Below, piece after piece: positions 35,331 through 47,053 of a stretch of 64,000 bases of DNA. The DNA comes from Thalia democratica (lineage: Eukaryota), in assembly GCA_965202585.1 (NCBI GenBank), contig OZ241830.1:74214001-74278000 (forward strand). The letters run 5' to 3'. The stretch's first letter is position 1. Every line of letters starts with the position of its first letter. Both the position numbers and the translations under genes were made by a program. The notes beneath the pieces were generated by a model. It was not told the origin of the DNA and ran no database searches. It saw nothing but the letters and a program-made list of their open reading frames with translations.

Positions 35331-38300
35331 TACCTTTAAAAAATACAATAACCTATAACTGACAGTTTTATTTTTTCGATAAAAAGCTTTTACAAAGTTT
35401 TTTTTAATTATTTAGTGTCGAAAAAAATGTTATAAAACTTGTGGAAAAATGGGTTGAACAGTTTGAACAAGCAGTGAAACTGTGAGTATTTTTGTAACAC
35501 TCATCTGTAAATGGAAATGAGATTTAAAATAAAATTTTTAAGACGTTTTAATCGACAACTAACACGTTTGACTAAACTTTATGCTAAATGAAATAGAACA
35601 AATATTCATTTGAAAAAAAAAACTATATAAAATCATTCAGAATGAGCAAGCAAGCGTTTATTACACCCATTTATAAATAAAACTTTGTGTGAGACTTTTA
35701 AAACGAAAGTTAAAGAATGAGTCAGAACTTAGGTTTCTGAGGGCTTAATTGTCTCTTTGAATTCTATTCGAATAGTGACATCTAGTTTGCTAAAATAAAA
35801 TCTTTCTTACAGAAAAAATCTATTCTTAAACAATCATAGAAAAAAAGTTTTTTGAACAAGTTGTTTTGTATACCTAAGTGAATCGAAAAAAAAAATACTT
35901 TTTATATCTGCTAAAGTTTTTTAATTTTTTCTCTTATTTGATTTTTCAATGATTAGTTTTATTCGAACTTGAACTACTTGTATCTAATGTCTACAATGTA
36001 ATAATCTATTACTTCCTTTTTACTTTTATTGCTACTAAACAATGGTGTACAAGCAGTTTAAGTTGCTTCTTAAAATAAACCGAACAAATTATTTTGAATC
36101 TAAGTTATACAGTTGCTTTTAAACTTGATTGGCTTATAAATACTTGCTGTATAAAAATATTCGTACAACCTTTTTTCGAAACTAAACTTGTTACATAATT
36201 TTGATGTTAACCATATGCTAAGAAAATGCTAACCTGTTGCTTAAATTTAGAAATTAAAGTTTTAAAAAATTAGAATTAAATTTTTAAGATTTTGTATAAG
36301 TATTTATTGAGTACGTCTACTTGATCTTTAAAATCTATCTTTGCTAACTTTTATTTTTACACAGATTTAGAGTACATATATCAATAGTAAAAAATCTAAA
36401 AATAAATTAACAACATTTATTCTTATTTAAAGTTAAATAAAAAAATAATATTATATTTCCATGTGTTAAAGGCATTTGAATTCTTTTTTACCAATAAAGT
36501 GCTCTTACTCGTAATGTATTAAAAACTTTTCCTAAATATTTTGTTTCAACGATTGTTTTTAAATTTTAAAACACTTTATTTGTAAACAGTACATTCCAAC
36601 TATAAAGTAATTATAAGAATGTTTTAAAAAGCTACTTATAAAATTTGTCGTTATACTGTAATCAAAAGTATACTAAAATAAATTGTAAAAATATTTTTAT
36701 CTTAAAAAGTTAAGTTCATATAAACTGCACTGAAAACTAAACTAGTAAAAATTAAACTATAAAAAACATATACCATTTTTTTAACTCAATTAAATGCAAA
36801 ATAATTTCTTGCAAATAGTTATTCAGCTATCTTGTTAATTGCCTATCTAAATAAACAAAGTGAATGCCATTTGAACTTTTTGAAACGGTCATGGTACATT
36901 AAGCACCGAAAAAAAGTATTTTTCGGAAGTAATTGGATATTATGTCATGCGTAACAACATTTCGCGGTTTTTCAGTGTTCTACATTTCAAAAATTACTGT
37001 TTAAACCTGGTGGTAAAACAGCATAGTAAAATGTTAAATCAGTTATTTGGTGAAAATAATTTATGTTTAAAAAATAATCAATTTTCGTTTTTTTTTCTAA
37101 ACATGTTCACTTTTTCTTTTTTCTTAATAGGCCTATCAAGTTTTTGAAGATAGTTCAATAAGGTACGAAAAGCATTATTCAAACCTACTAGATCAGTTTC
37201 GAAAAACATTTTGGTTTTTTTATTACCTGCAATGCTTTTTTAAGCACAAAAAACCAAACAGAAAGGATAAGTTTGCCATTTTTATAATTATAAAAATAGT
37301 ATGAAAATAATACGTTTCCTAAAGTTATTTAAATATTTCTAATCTTTCATTAATTTGTGTTTAGTTGTCAAAATTTTTTCTTTCTTGTATTTTAGGCATT
37401 ATCAAAAAAAAAAGATCGATTTTGAAATAAGGTTTAGAGATTTATATGTATATTGTTCATTCTTAGTACTTGAAATCTTTAAAATATTGCTTAACAATTT
37501 TAATCGCAATGAATGAAACTAGATAGGTCCAAAAAAGTTAAGCTAAACTTTTTACGCTTTAAACAAACTAATGTCAATCGTATGAAATTGTATATTAAGA
37601 GAACATGTATTTTTTACAAGTTTTAATAATAAAAATACTAAAAAGAAACCTTTTGAATATAAAAGTTCAGTAACTTGTTGTTAGTCGTGGTTTCAATTAT
37701 TTTTTTGGTTAAATGATAACTTAGTTGCTTAAAAAGTTTATTTTAACAAATAAGCTTAATTTATTTTAAAGTAAGTATAAAAGTAAAATTCATAAGCCAA
37801 CAAAAATTAATTACATTGCAAAACTTTTTAAAATAAATATCAAGGTTGCAGTTTTGATTTTGATAAAAATATTTTTAAGTTTAAATTATGTACATAGACT
37901 ATAGTAATCTAAACTTGTTAACTTTGAAAAACTATACTAAAAGTAAAGCTCATATAAGAACGAAAAATTAGGTTTATTTTAAAGTTTAGATCTTGAAAAG
38001 TATTTAGTGTAAGTGCTTGCTGAAAGATGTTACTAAAACTATTTGGAGATTCGTAAAGTTATTTACAGTTACACAAATGAAAAACAAAATGTAACAAACA
38101 ATTCAAATTTCTTTTGTGTAAAACAAAATTCAAAATACAATAAATATATTTCAAGCTGCTTGTGTGTTGACATTTTTAATAGATTTAATCCGAGTCTTGT
38201 GCTGAACTGCTTGAAAATCTTCTGGTAATCTTTTCTGAAAAACTAAGGTTAATAAAAATTTTGTCAACAAATTTATATTTGTTACCTTTAGTTACTGATG

Positions 38301-38565
38301 TTTAGATTATCTACTTGTATTCTTTTTAAAACATGTTATAGAGCTTTCTTTATTGTTCTTTCTAAAAAGCTTTAAAATTAAAAAGGCCATGTAGTATACC
38401 TATTGAGTTTTAAATCATTCAATTGATTAAATATGCGAGAAAAGCTTTAAACTTTATTATTAAGCTTTTCTTGAGTTTTAAATAACTGTTTGGATGCAAA
38501 TTACACTAAAGTATAAAACATTTTTTTTTCTTTATAAAAAGTTTAAATACAAAACAGTTCTAAAA

Positions 38566-39993
38566 CTAACTGAAGCATGAAGGGTTGTCCTCTGACATCT
38601 TCTTGACCTTGTGCTCCATTTCCTGAATCTTCAGAGTCAGACTCTTGTTTATCACATCTTTCTTTTTCAATTTGTCTCCGTAGATTTCTACTTGTTTCAA
38701 ACTCTCTTCAAGTCTTGCTTCGAGTTGCGCGTACTCTGCTTCTTTCGCCTTGTGCCTCGAATTTACTTCCTCGTTTTCTGCAGCGATCCTTCCCATTTTT
38801 TCGTTGTGCTCCTTCTTGAAGTCGGTTATTTTCGCGGTAAGTGAGCGTATATCGAAATGTAAAGTTTCTTTTTCCGTCATTAACTCGTCTACTTTCACCA
38901 TATAAACTTGAATTTGATTTTCGAGTTTGCTGATACGATCATCTTTTTCACCAATCTCGTCTTTGTAGTTTCCTATTAAAATATCGTTTTTCAAAGCAGT
39001 TTCGTTTAATTTTGCAATTTTGTCGTCAGATGCGTTGTTTTCTTCTGTTAAAAAAGCTATCTGACTCTCGTATGCGTTCAGTTCTGAATTCAAATATTCC
39101 AAACGTCCCATGCGTTTATTGTTTTCATCACTTAAACCTTCTACTCTAGACTGAAGTGATTTGTTGTTATCGGTGAGTTTTTCAATGTCAGTTTCAAACA
39201 GTTTCACTTTTTCATTTAGAGCGTTTATTTTTTCTTCTGAATCGTTTCCTATCGTTTTATTTTTTCTTTCAAATTGTTCAACTTCCATAGCTAGTCTTTC
39301 AGTTTCTTTTTGTGCAGTTTCATTTGAAACTGTTAAGCTTTCCGTTTGAGCGTTTAGTTTAGTATTTGCTTTTATTAGCTCAGTAGTTTCTGTTTCTAAA
39401 TCAGAACATTTTAAAACTAAACCTTCAATTTTACCCTCTAAATTACTGCTTTTAGCTTCTAAATCAGTACATTTTGATACTAACTTATTAGTTTCACCTT
39501 GAGAGTTGCCATTTTCAGTTTCTAAATCAGAACATTTTGATACTAACTCACTTATTTTATCTTTTGAACTATAGTTTTCAGCTTCTAAAGCAAAGAGTTT
39601 TGAAACTAATTCTTCAACTTTGCTTTCTAGCTTACTATTCTCAGTTTCAAAATCAGAACACTTTGATATTACTTCTTCGAGCTTACAACTTAGATTGCTA
39701 TTTTCAGTTTCAAAATCGGAACACTTTGATATTACTTCTTCGAGCTTACAATTTAGGTTGCTATTATCAGTTTCCAAATAAAAACACTTCAATTTATATT
39801 CTACTGTTTCAGCTTCAATTTTACTGTTTTTTGTGATCAGTTGCTGAATTTCATTTTCTGACGTTTCATTTTTCGATCTTGCATACTTAATCTCACCTTC
39901 TATTGTGTTGTTTTTTAAAGAAAGATCTTTAACTTTATTCTTCAACTCTGTGTTCTCAGCTTCTAGCTCTGAAATTTTGTGAACTTGTTCCAT
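38566..39993 (-). CDS. Intronless 475-aa coiled-coil protein with tandem 21-aa (63-bp) repeats; no recognisable family
   Basis: 1428-bp ORF in very AT-rich DNA; E/K/L/S/N-rich heptads. Repeats such as FETENSNLSCKLEEVISKCSD and LETENGNSQGETNKLVSKCTD recur about six times (~39380-39780). Confidence 0.8.
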   Translation of the reverse strand: MEQVHKISELEAENTELKNKVKDLSLKNNTIEGEIKYARSKNETSENEIQQLITKNSKIEAETVEYKLKCFYLETDNSNLNCKLEEVISKCSDFETENSNLSCKLEEVISKCSDFETENSKLESKVEELVSKLFALEAENYSSKDKISELVSKCSDLETENGNSQGETNKLVSKCTDLEAKSSNLEGKIEGLVLKCSDLETETTELIKANTKLNAQTESLTVSNETAQKETERLAMEVEQFERKNKTIGNDSEEKINALNEKVKLFETDIEKLTDNNKSLQSRVEGLSDENNKRMGRLEYLNSELNAYESQIAFLTEENNASDDKIAKLNETALKNDILIGNYKDEIGEKDDRISKLENQIQVYMVKVDELMTEKETLHFDIRSLTAKITDFKKEHNEKMGRIAAENEEVNSRHKAKEAEYAQLEARLEESLKQVEIYGDKLKKKDVINKSLTLKIQEMEHKVKKMSEDNPSCFS

Positions 39994-40764
39994 ATTGTAA
40001 GGTTTAAATATTTTAAGCTGTTCAAGTAGTTTTGTATGCTATTAAAACTCTAACCTTCGTCGTTTACTCTTTAGTTTTTGATTTTAATTTCGTGACGATA
40101 TTTTACTACTTTTTATACTACAGCAAAAGTACTATACTTCGAATAAGCTTTCTTTAGAAACTTTATACTGCGCATATGGCTATTTTAAAATAAACATTTT
40201 CACGTGTTCAAATTATTTGACCAAAAAGTTTGTTTAATAATTGCAAATATGTAATATATTATGGTAAATTAAAAGCTAACATTTTGATACCTTTCAACTA
40301 TCATTGTATTAGTTTAATTATTAATTATATTTATTGTACTAGTTTAAAGATTTTTTGTATGAAAAAGGCTGCACATATTAATTTAAGCACAAAAGTTAAA
40401 TTTTCAAATACAAACTGAAGTATAAATTTTCAATACCTATTGTACTAAGCTACACTTCTGGATTTCCATATACTAAACATTTTTTATTAAAAAATAGTAA
40501 GTAATTTTGAGTTTTAGATATTTTTTTCAAATAAATTAAGAAACAGTTAGAATTTAAAAAATAGACCATTAATTTTTTAAACATTTCAATTGTGTTTTGA
40601 TTGTGTAACTTAGACATGTACATACATTTTACCTTAGAAAAATAAGAATAAACACTTCACATATATTTATTTTAATGCTTCTTTTTAAAGAAATTTTTAT
40701 TGAGCTAAATCGACTGATTTTATCAACCTTATTATTATAGCTTTTTCAACAATATTTATAGAAG

Positions 40765-40970
40765 TAAAATTTATATGAGTTTTTAAAAAATAACAAAATC
40801 TGTCCGAATAAAATAACATTTCAGTTTCACTTTTTTATTTAGAGCGTTTATTGTTTCTTCTGATTCGTTTTCTATCGTTTTATATTTTCTTTGAAATTGT
40901 TCAATTTCTCTATTTAGTCTCAGAATAAAATTTATATGAGTTTTTATAAAATAACAAAATTTGTCCGAAT
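40765..40970 (-). repeat. Diverged ~105-bp fragment of the coiled-coil ORF (40821-40923) between 45-bp direct repeats
   Basis: The fragment translates RLNREIEQFQRKYKTIENESEETINALNKKVKL, versus RLAMEVEQFERKNKTIGNDSEEKINALNEKVKL at ~39200-39300. The flanks 40765-40809 and 40926-40970 differ at 2 positions. Confidence 0.85.
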
Positions 40971-41770
40971 TTTGTAAACTTAAAGTTTAAAAAACATTAA
41001 AAGTTAAAGAGTTATTGTACTCGAGAGCAGTTTTTTTGTAATTAATAAACTATTCTTCTATTGTTTAAATACAAACAAACATAGGTTTAGAATGCTTCTT
41101 GATATTTTATATTATTCTTGGTAATTTATACTAAAGAAAACTACAACTAAAGTTTAAAAAAGGTCACTTAATACTTTTGGTACCATGTAATTCTGCACAT
41201 ACTTACGTAATTTAACTTATTATTAATTATAAAGCACATAGCTGTATACTAACCTAACTATATAAACTTACATTCTTACTCAACTTGATTTTCTGAGAAA
41301 TACTTACTTTTTGAAGAAGGTTTGAAATATAAGAATCAGCCATATGTAAAGCAATTTGAAAAATATCTAAATTAGTGTTTATTCTATTTAAATTATATGT
41401 TTTTCTGTTTTGCTTACAAACTGCCTAGCACTTTAAGCCAAATTTAAACAAACACAACATATAACCAACTGAAAACTTTCTATATAGTTTTTGATTATTA
41501 CGCGGTTTGAGTCAAATATTAGTAAATCGGTCAATTCTAATAATACATATGAGTAAATTTTTTTTTTAGTCATTTAAGTTTCGTATTTTTCAAACTGGTT
41601 TATGAAGTTTATCTATAATTTTTTATGTTAAGTTGATTCATAATAAGTTAATTCTAAAACTTTACTAATAGTACTTTTTATTGATTTTAATTTAGTTTAT
41701 ACTAGAAAAGAAAAAAAATGTAGTTTAAAAAAAACAGTTTTTAGTTTAAAAAATTGTAGTATAATTGTAA

Positions 41771-41830
41771 ACTCGATAACTGAAAGGTTTCTTTGTACAA
41801 CAAATCCTTAGGCCAAACTTTTTGCGCGCT
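41771..41830 (+). mobile_element. Dispersed SINE-like element, copy 4 (5'-truncated)
   Basis: actcgataactgaaaggtttctttgtacaacaaatccttaggccaaacttt. Confidence 0.65.
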
Positions 41831-43416
41831 TTTTTTTTACGCTAAATAAACAATAGTATAACTTTATAAACTAAATTGCCTATATATATATATATATATA
41901 TATATATACGACACTTGAGTTACTAAAACAAATACCATTTTACTCATTCTTATTATTAGAATTTACTGGATTAAAAATTGAGTCAGTTTTTTAAACGCAC
42001 AATAAATGTATTTCAAAAAATTAAACCTAACTACAGCTGCTAGCTTAATTTTTCTCTTAGAATAAATAAGCTAAAATCAATCTAAACTTTTAGATGCATA
42101 AGTTTATTAGGAGATAGTTTATTTCGTATGAACTTTTTATAAAAGCAATTTAGATATATCAAATTTAACATTTTCTAAAATTTATAAATGAAGTGTAATT
42201 TAAAACAAATTAAAAAAGCTACTGATTCCAATTTTTATATTTTAGCGGGTGTATTTATGAAAGTTAAAAAAAGACAACTTTTATTAACTATAGAAGTTAA
42301 ATACTAATTATAATTTAACTATATTTTTTATGGCAATTTACCTCTCTCTGCTAATTTTATACTATACAACGCTAAATTAAAAGCAACAAAGTCATTAATA
42401 AGCTTCAAGAAGTAAACTATTATATGCTTAAATTAAAAAAAATATATAAAATTGCTGTTTATTCGAAGGATAATTTAATTGAAACGAACATTGTGGGGTG
42501 TTTAAGTAACAACTGAAAGTATTTTTTTATAATTTCTACAAACTTCGTAGAACGCATAACAGCTATGAAAACCAATTTAAAAAAACAAACATAAAACTCG
42601 TATATTATCAATGACTTCTATACACATTTCTAAATCTATTTACGTTTTTAAACTCTTAATCAAAAAAAAAGCATAGCTAGTATTTAATACAAGCTATAAT
42701 CATCAAAGTCAGTGTAAGTGCACAGTTTTCTATAAAATTAGAACTGATATACTTAAGTTTACTATAGTTCGTATGTAGTTTATTTGTATATTAAAAAAAA
42801 AAAATCTTCTTTAGTTTTTTAATAAGAAAACATCAGTAGTAACCGTTTATAAAATCACAAATTTTTTCATTGAATTGAAAAATAAATAGTGCTAGTATTA
42901 AATCTGTACACTTAAAGTTTATGCATGACACGCGGAAATTATTACAGCTTTAACATTAATTGAAATGAAAACTATAAAATAGACTTTAAATAAAAAACTG
43001 GTAAAAAAGCATCTTTACTTCTATTCTATACTATAAGTAATAAAAAGTAAAATAGAAAAAAAGTACCAGTTTTAAACAAAACTAATGCATTTTACAACTA
43101 AGTTTTACAAATACGCTCTAGCATTGTTTTATAAACATTTTATACATTAATTTTAAAAGTTTTAAGAATACTGTTAATCGCGAAGAACTTTTATAAGCAA
43201 TTATGGCCTGTTCATCATACAAGGCTGCCTAAACCTGGCTGAGACTGTCTACTCAATAAAAGATATTCACTTCATCATGAAAAGTTTGTGCACGTTAAAC
43301 TAGTAAAGTTTCAATTTTTTAACGAAGTCCAAAACTACTATGCTTTTTATTGAACCATTGTAATAAATAATCTTATTTAAAGTTAAATTTAATAAACCTT
43401 AGTCCAAGATCTAGAT

Positions 43417-44155
43417 TAGGGGTGGGCAACGTACGGCCCGCGGGCCGGATCCGGCCCGCAGAGTGAAAATGACCGGCCCCCGACCGTTTTTTACATTTTA
43501 TTAAAAGCCGGCCCGCAAATGAAAACGACCGGCCCGCGAGCAAATTGACAGGCCCGCAAATGGTCATATTATAAAATTTTTATTAAACTTTGTGTCATAT
43601 TTTTACAAAACAAAACTGTAAGAATTTGACTTTAAAAACATGCTAAAAAAAAACTTTACAATTTAATGTGTACTAATAAATTCACCATTTTGTCCTAATA
43701 TTTTGTATTTTTCTAACTTAGTTGGTATATAGTTTTGTCACATTACCTCAAGCAAAGTATTTTTTCAAGTACGATGTTATATATACGTACCTTTGTCAAT
43801 TACAATGTCAATTATATTTCTAGTTATTATTTGAAAATGTGACATGTCTCAATCTACATCTTAAGCTGACAGACTTGAAAAAGTTTTGTGAATTTAAAGT
43901 ATTCAAAAAAGTGATCAACTGTATCTATAAAATTAGATTCCGACCGGATCCAAAACTTTTTTTTAAACTAGAATCCGACCGAATCCGGATCTCGATTTAA
44001 AATTAGTATCTAGTCGGATTCGGATCTAAAAAGTCATTATTAGGCTAGATCCGGATACCGGATCTGGTAAATAACTAGTTCAAGGTGCTCCAGCCCGCAA
44101 ATGACTTATTTTTTCCGGATCCGGCCCGTTGATTGAAAAAATTTGTCCACCCCTA
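43417..44155. mobile_element. 739-bp non-autonomous hAT (Charlie/Buster-like) element
   Basis: TIRs taggggtgggcaa / ttgtccaccccta; exact 8-bp TSD atctagat (43409-43416, 44156-44163), matching the NTCTAGAN target preference of Charlie-type hATs. Subterminal ccggcccg repeats; internal ccggatcc-rich array at ~43935-44080. Confidence 0.9.
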
Positions 44156-45933
44156 ATCTAGATCAACCAAGTTTGCTACAATCCAACTTTATTTCAAGTT
44201 TAAAAATTTTCCACTTTCAAGAAAATTAGTTTAGATAAGACTTTTTGTACTATCTTTAAAAAGAATATATTTGAAAATAACTTTGCTCTAGTAATTAAGT
44301 TTGGAACTTACGATACAAATACTAATACATTGGAATTTTTTTAACCTCATTTTTCTATGTAATCATAACTTAAATTATCAAACATAAAAGTCAAGTTAAA
44401 CATATCTATTTAAAGTACCTAAATCTTAGTCAGAAGTTGAATTAGTCGACCATTCCCTACTTAATATTTTATTGATGTAAGAAGAATAATCTTAAGCAAA
44501 AATATATTAATTTTTATCCGTTTCAATTCCTTTCAAAAAGGAAGGAAATCCTTTTAATTGTTTATGAAGTTTCGTTCACCGGGTAATTAAAAAAATAATT
44601 TAAGACTGTTTTTAAATTTTTATTTTATTTAACTGACAATAACAGCAAAACTAATTTTTAGTCGTAATTTTCTTCACAAAAAAAATTGTTTAGTTTTTCA
44701 TTTCTATCATGTTTTATTTCAAAAATGGTGCTTAATCTAATAGGATTTTTTTTTTCAATTCAAATTCTGACTTAAATAAATCATACTCCGCTTGGTTATT
44801 TATGTTTTTATTTTGTTCATTTAAGTAAATTATAGTTAGAATGTACATTTTTTATATTTCCATTTAGTAATGATAAGCCACTATAAGTTTATGATTGCAA
44901 AAACATCTGTAAAATATTCTTTATTAAACTTTTCTTGCTTTGACTGTCAAATGCGTTTGGTGTAATTTTCAAAATTTACTGAGTAATCACCATTGTAAAA
45001 ACCTTTATGAACAAATTTTTTGATGATATGTTTTTTTAACGGTGTTATAAAGCTCTTGGAGTAGTGTCGATACTCAAATTTATTTTAATGTGTTAAGAAA
45101 TACCTAAACTCTGTAACCTTATTCTTACGCAAAACACTCTCTGTATTTGTATGCAGTGCAGTAAACTCTAGGGCTTATCACTGTTTTTTGCTTGAAGTCT
45201 GATTTTAAAGCAATTTTTACGTTTTGATGCTTCAGCTCCATGCAAAAAAAAAACTTTTGAACTTGTTTTTGTTTATCAAAAGCGGTTGAGATAGCTTTGT
45301 ACAATGTAAAAAAAAATCTTTCATATTTAGCGGTTTTTTTTTTCTAACAATTTAAACTAAAGTTTTAAAAACTGCCTAATAAAACTTTATAGTCGAATCA
45401 TCATTCTACAATATTTAACTTAAAAGTAGCTTGGCTTATTAACATTTTAACTTTATAGTTTAGCAACTATCAGCTTTTCTATTAGTTCTGTGTTTTTTCT
45501 TCTTTTTCCTTGTCTATCACTTTTTTTCTTTATTTTTATTAACATAAAAAAGTTTCGATTAACGATAATTTTAAAGAAGTTCTTCTTGTTTGCTCTAAAT
45601 TGATTGTTTTTATGTTTAATTTAAGTATCGAAATGAATATCTCAAATTTAGATTATGTAAATTTTCCGTTAATTCCAAGTTAAGTACTTTAAAAATTTTG
45701 CTTAATCATCCAAAATTCGTAGATTCGTAAATAGTAAAACTAAAAGAGGGTGAAACTCTGCTAAACCTGTAATCTTAAGATACTAACCGAATTGATTTGT
45801 TGCATACGCTGAAGGAGGACATCCGATATACACTAAATGGAAATTGGCAAGCTTACACTTGCGAACTGAATTTAGTCTACGATTAAAATTTCGTTAAAAA
45901 ACTTGTGTAAAACAAGTTGAAACAAACAGTCCT

Positions 45934-46012
45934 GTCCTGGATAAGACGTTAAAAGGTATCCATGTGGTGTACAACTTTTTAACCGAAAGACTTTTTTGTG
46001 CACCAAGTCCTA
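45934..46012 (+). mobile_element. Dispersed SINE-like element, copy 5
   Basis: gtcctggataagacgttaaaaggtatccatgtggtgtac...aaccgaaag...gtgcaccaagtcc. Confidence 0.7.
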
Positions 46013-47053
46013 GGAGCTCCTTTTTTTCATTTAATAATAAGATCGAATAATTAATAAACTTTACGAATATAATTGTATTTTAGTTTTGCGCAAGTTGTGG
46101 TAGTAGTTGCATAGTTGTAAAACTTTAAAACAACGATTGTTTAAATTACTTTTTTTATCTAAAATATAGTAAAATACAAAAGTTTGTGAAAAAAATTACG
46201 GTCGTTTCAGTTTAATTTGTTTTTAATAAAAGGATGCATATTAGGGTGCATTTGTGCCCCTGAAAAATTAAAACTTCGATTAGCGCACTGGAAAAATCTT
46301 AGCGTTGCAAATCACATAAAAAAACAACACAATATTAAAATCTTCCTAGCTTTTATATTCATTAAAGGTTTTGACAGTTTTGGAAACAACCCCTATGTAA
46401 ATTGTATAGGACCTTAAAAATTCGACCTGGAAAAAAGTTTTTGGTAAGAACAATTATAACAACATCACTATCTATGCGTTTTAAGACGATTGTAAGAAAG
46501 TTTTATGGATGCGCATCTCTATTTTCTTTAATTAACTGAAAACTAAGGAAAAATAAAAAAAATACAGAAAATTAAAAAAAGTCTCCATAGAACTTTGTTT
46601 AAATCGTCCAAAAACACTTAACATGTGTTTTTTTCATAATTGCTAAATTTAAAAAAAATTCAACCCAATACTTGAAAGTCGAGTTTTTAGGGTCCAAAAC
46701 AATTTACATAAGTGTTTTTCAGAAAAGTTTTAAAGCGCAGAATGGTGGTAAAAGTCAGAAGGCTGTATATTTATGTTGTATTTCTAATGTGATTTGCCAC
46801 GCTAAAAAATATTTTTATCTGGAACTTTGAGGGTTCAGGGTTGGGCAACAGATCTGCCCTAATCACATGTCATGTACTCGTTCCAACTAGATCTATTGTT
46901 TGTAGTTGAATGTTGAAAACTTATATACTACTTTATAACTACCCAACCGAAACGAAACAGAATGCTTAAAGTTTTCTCTGATTGTTTCATTTGCTGCATT
47001 TAATGGTCCAGTGAATTTCTGTAAGAATCAAAATTTTTAATTTTTATGAAGCC

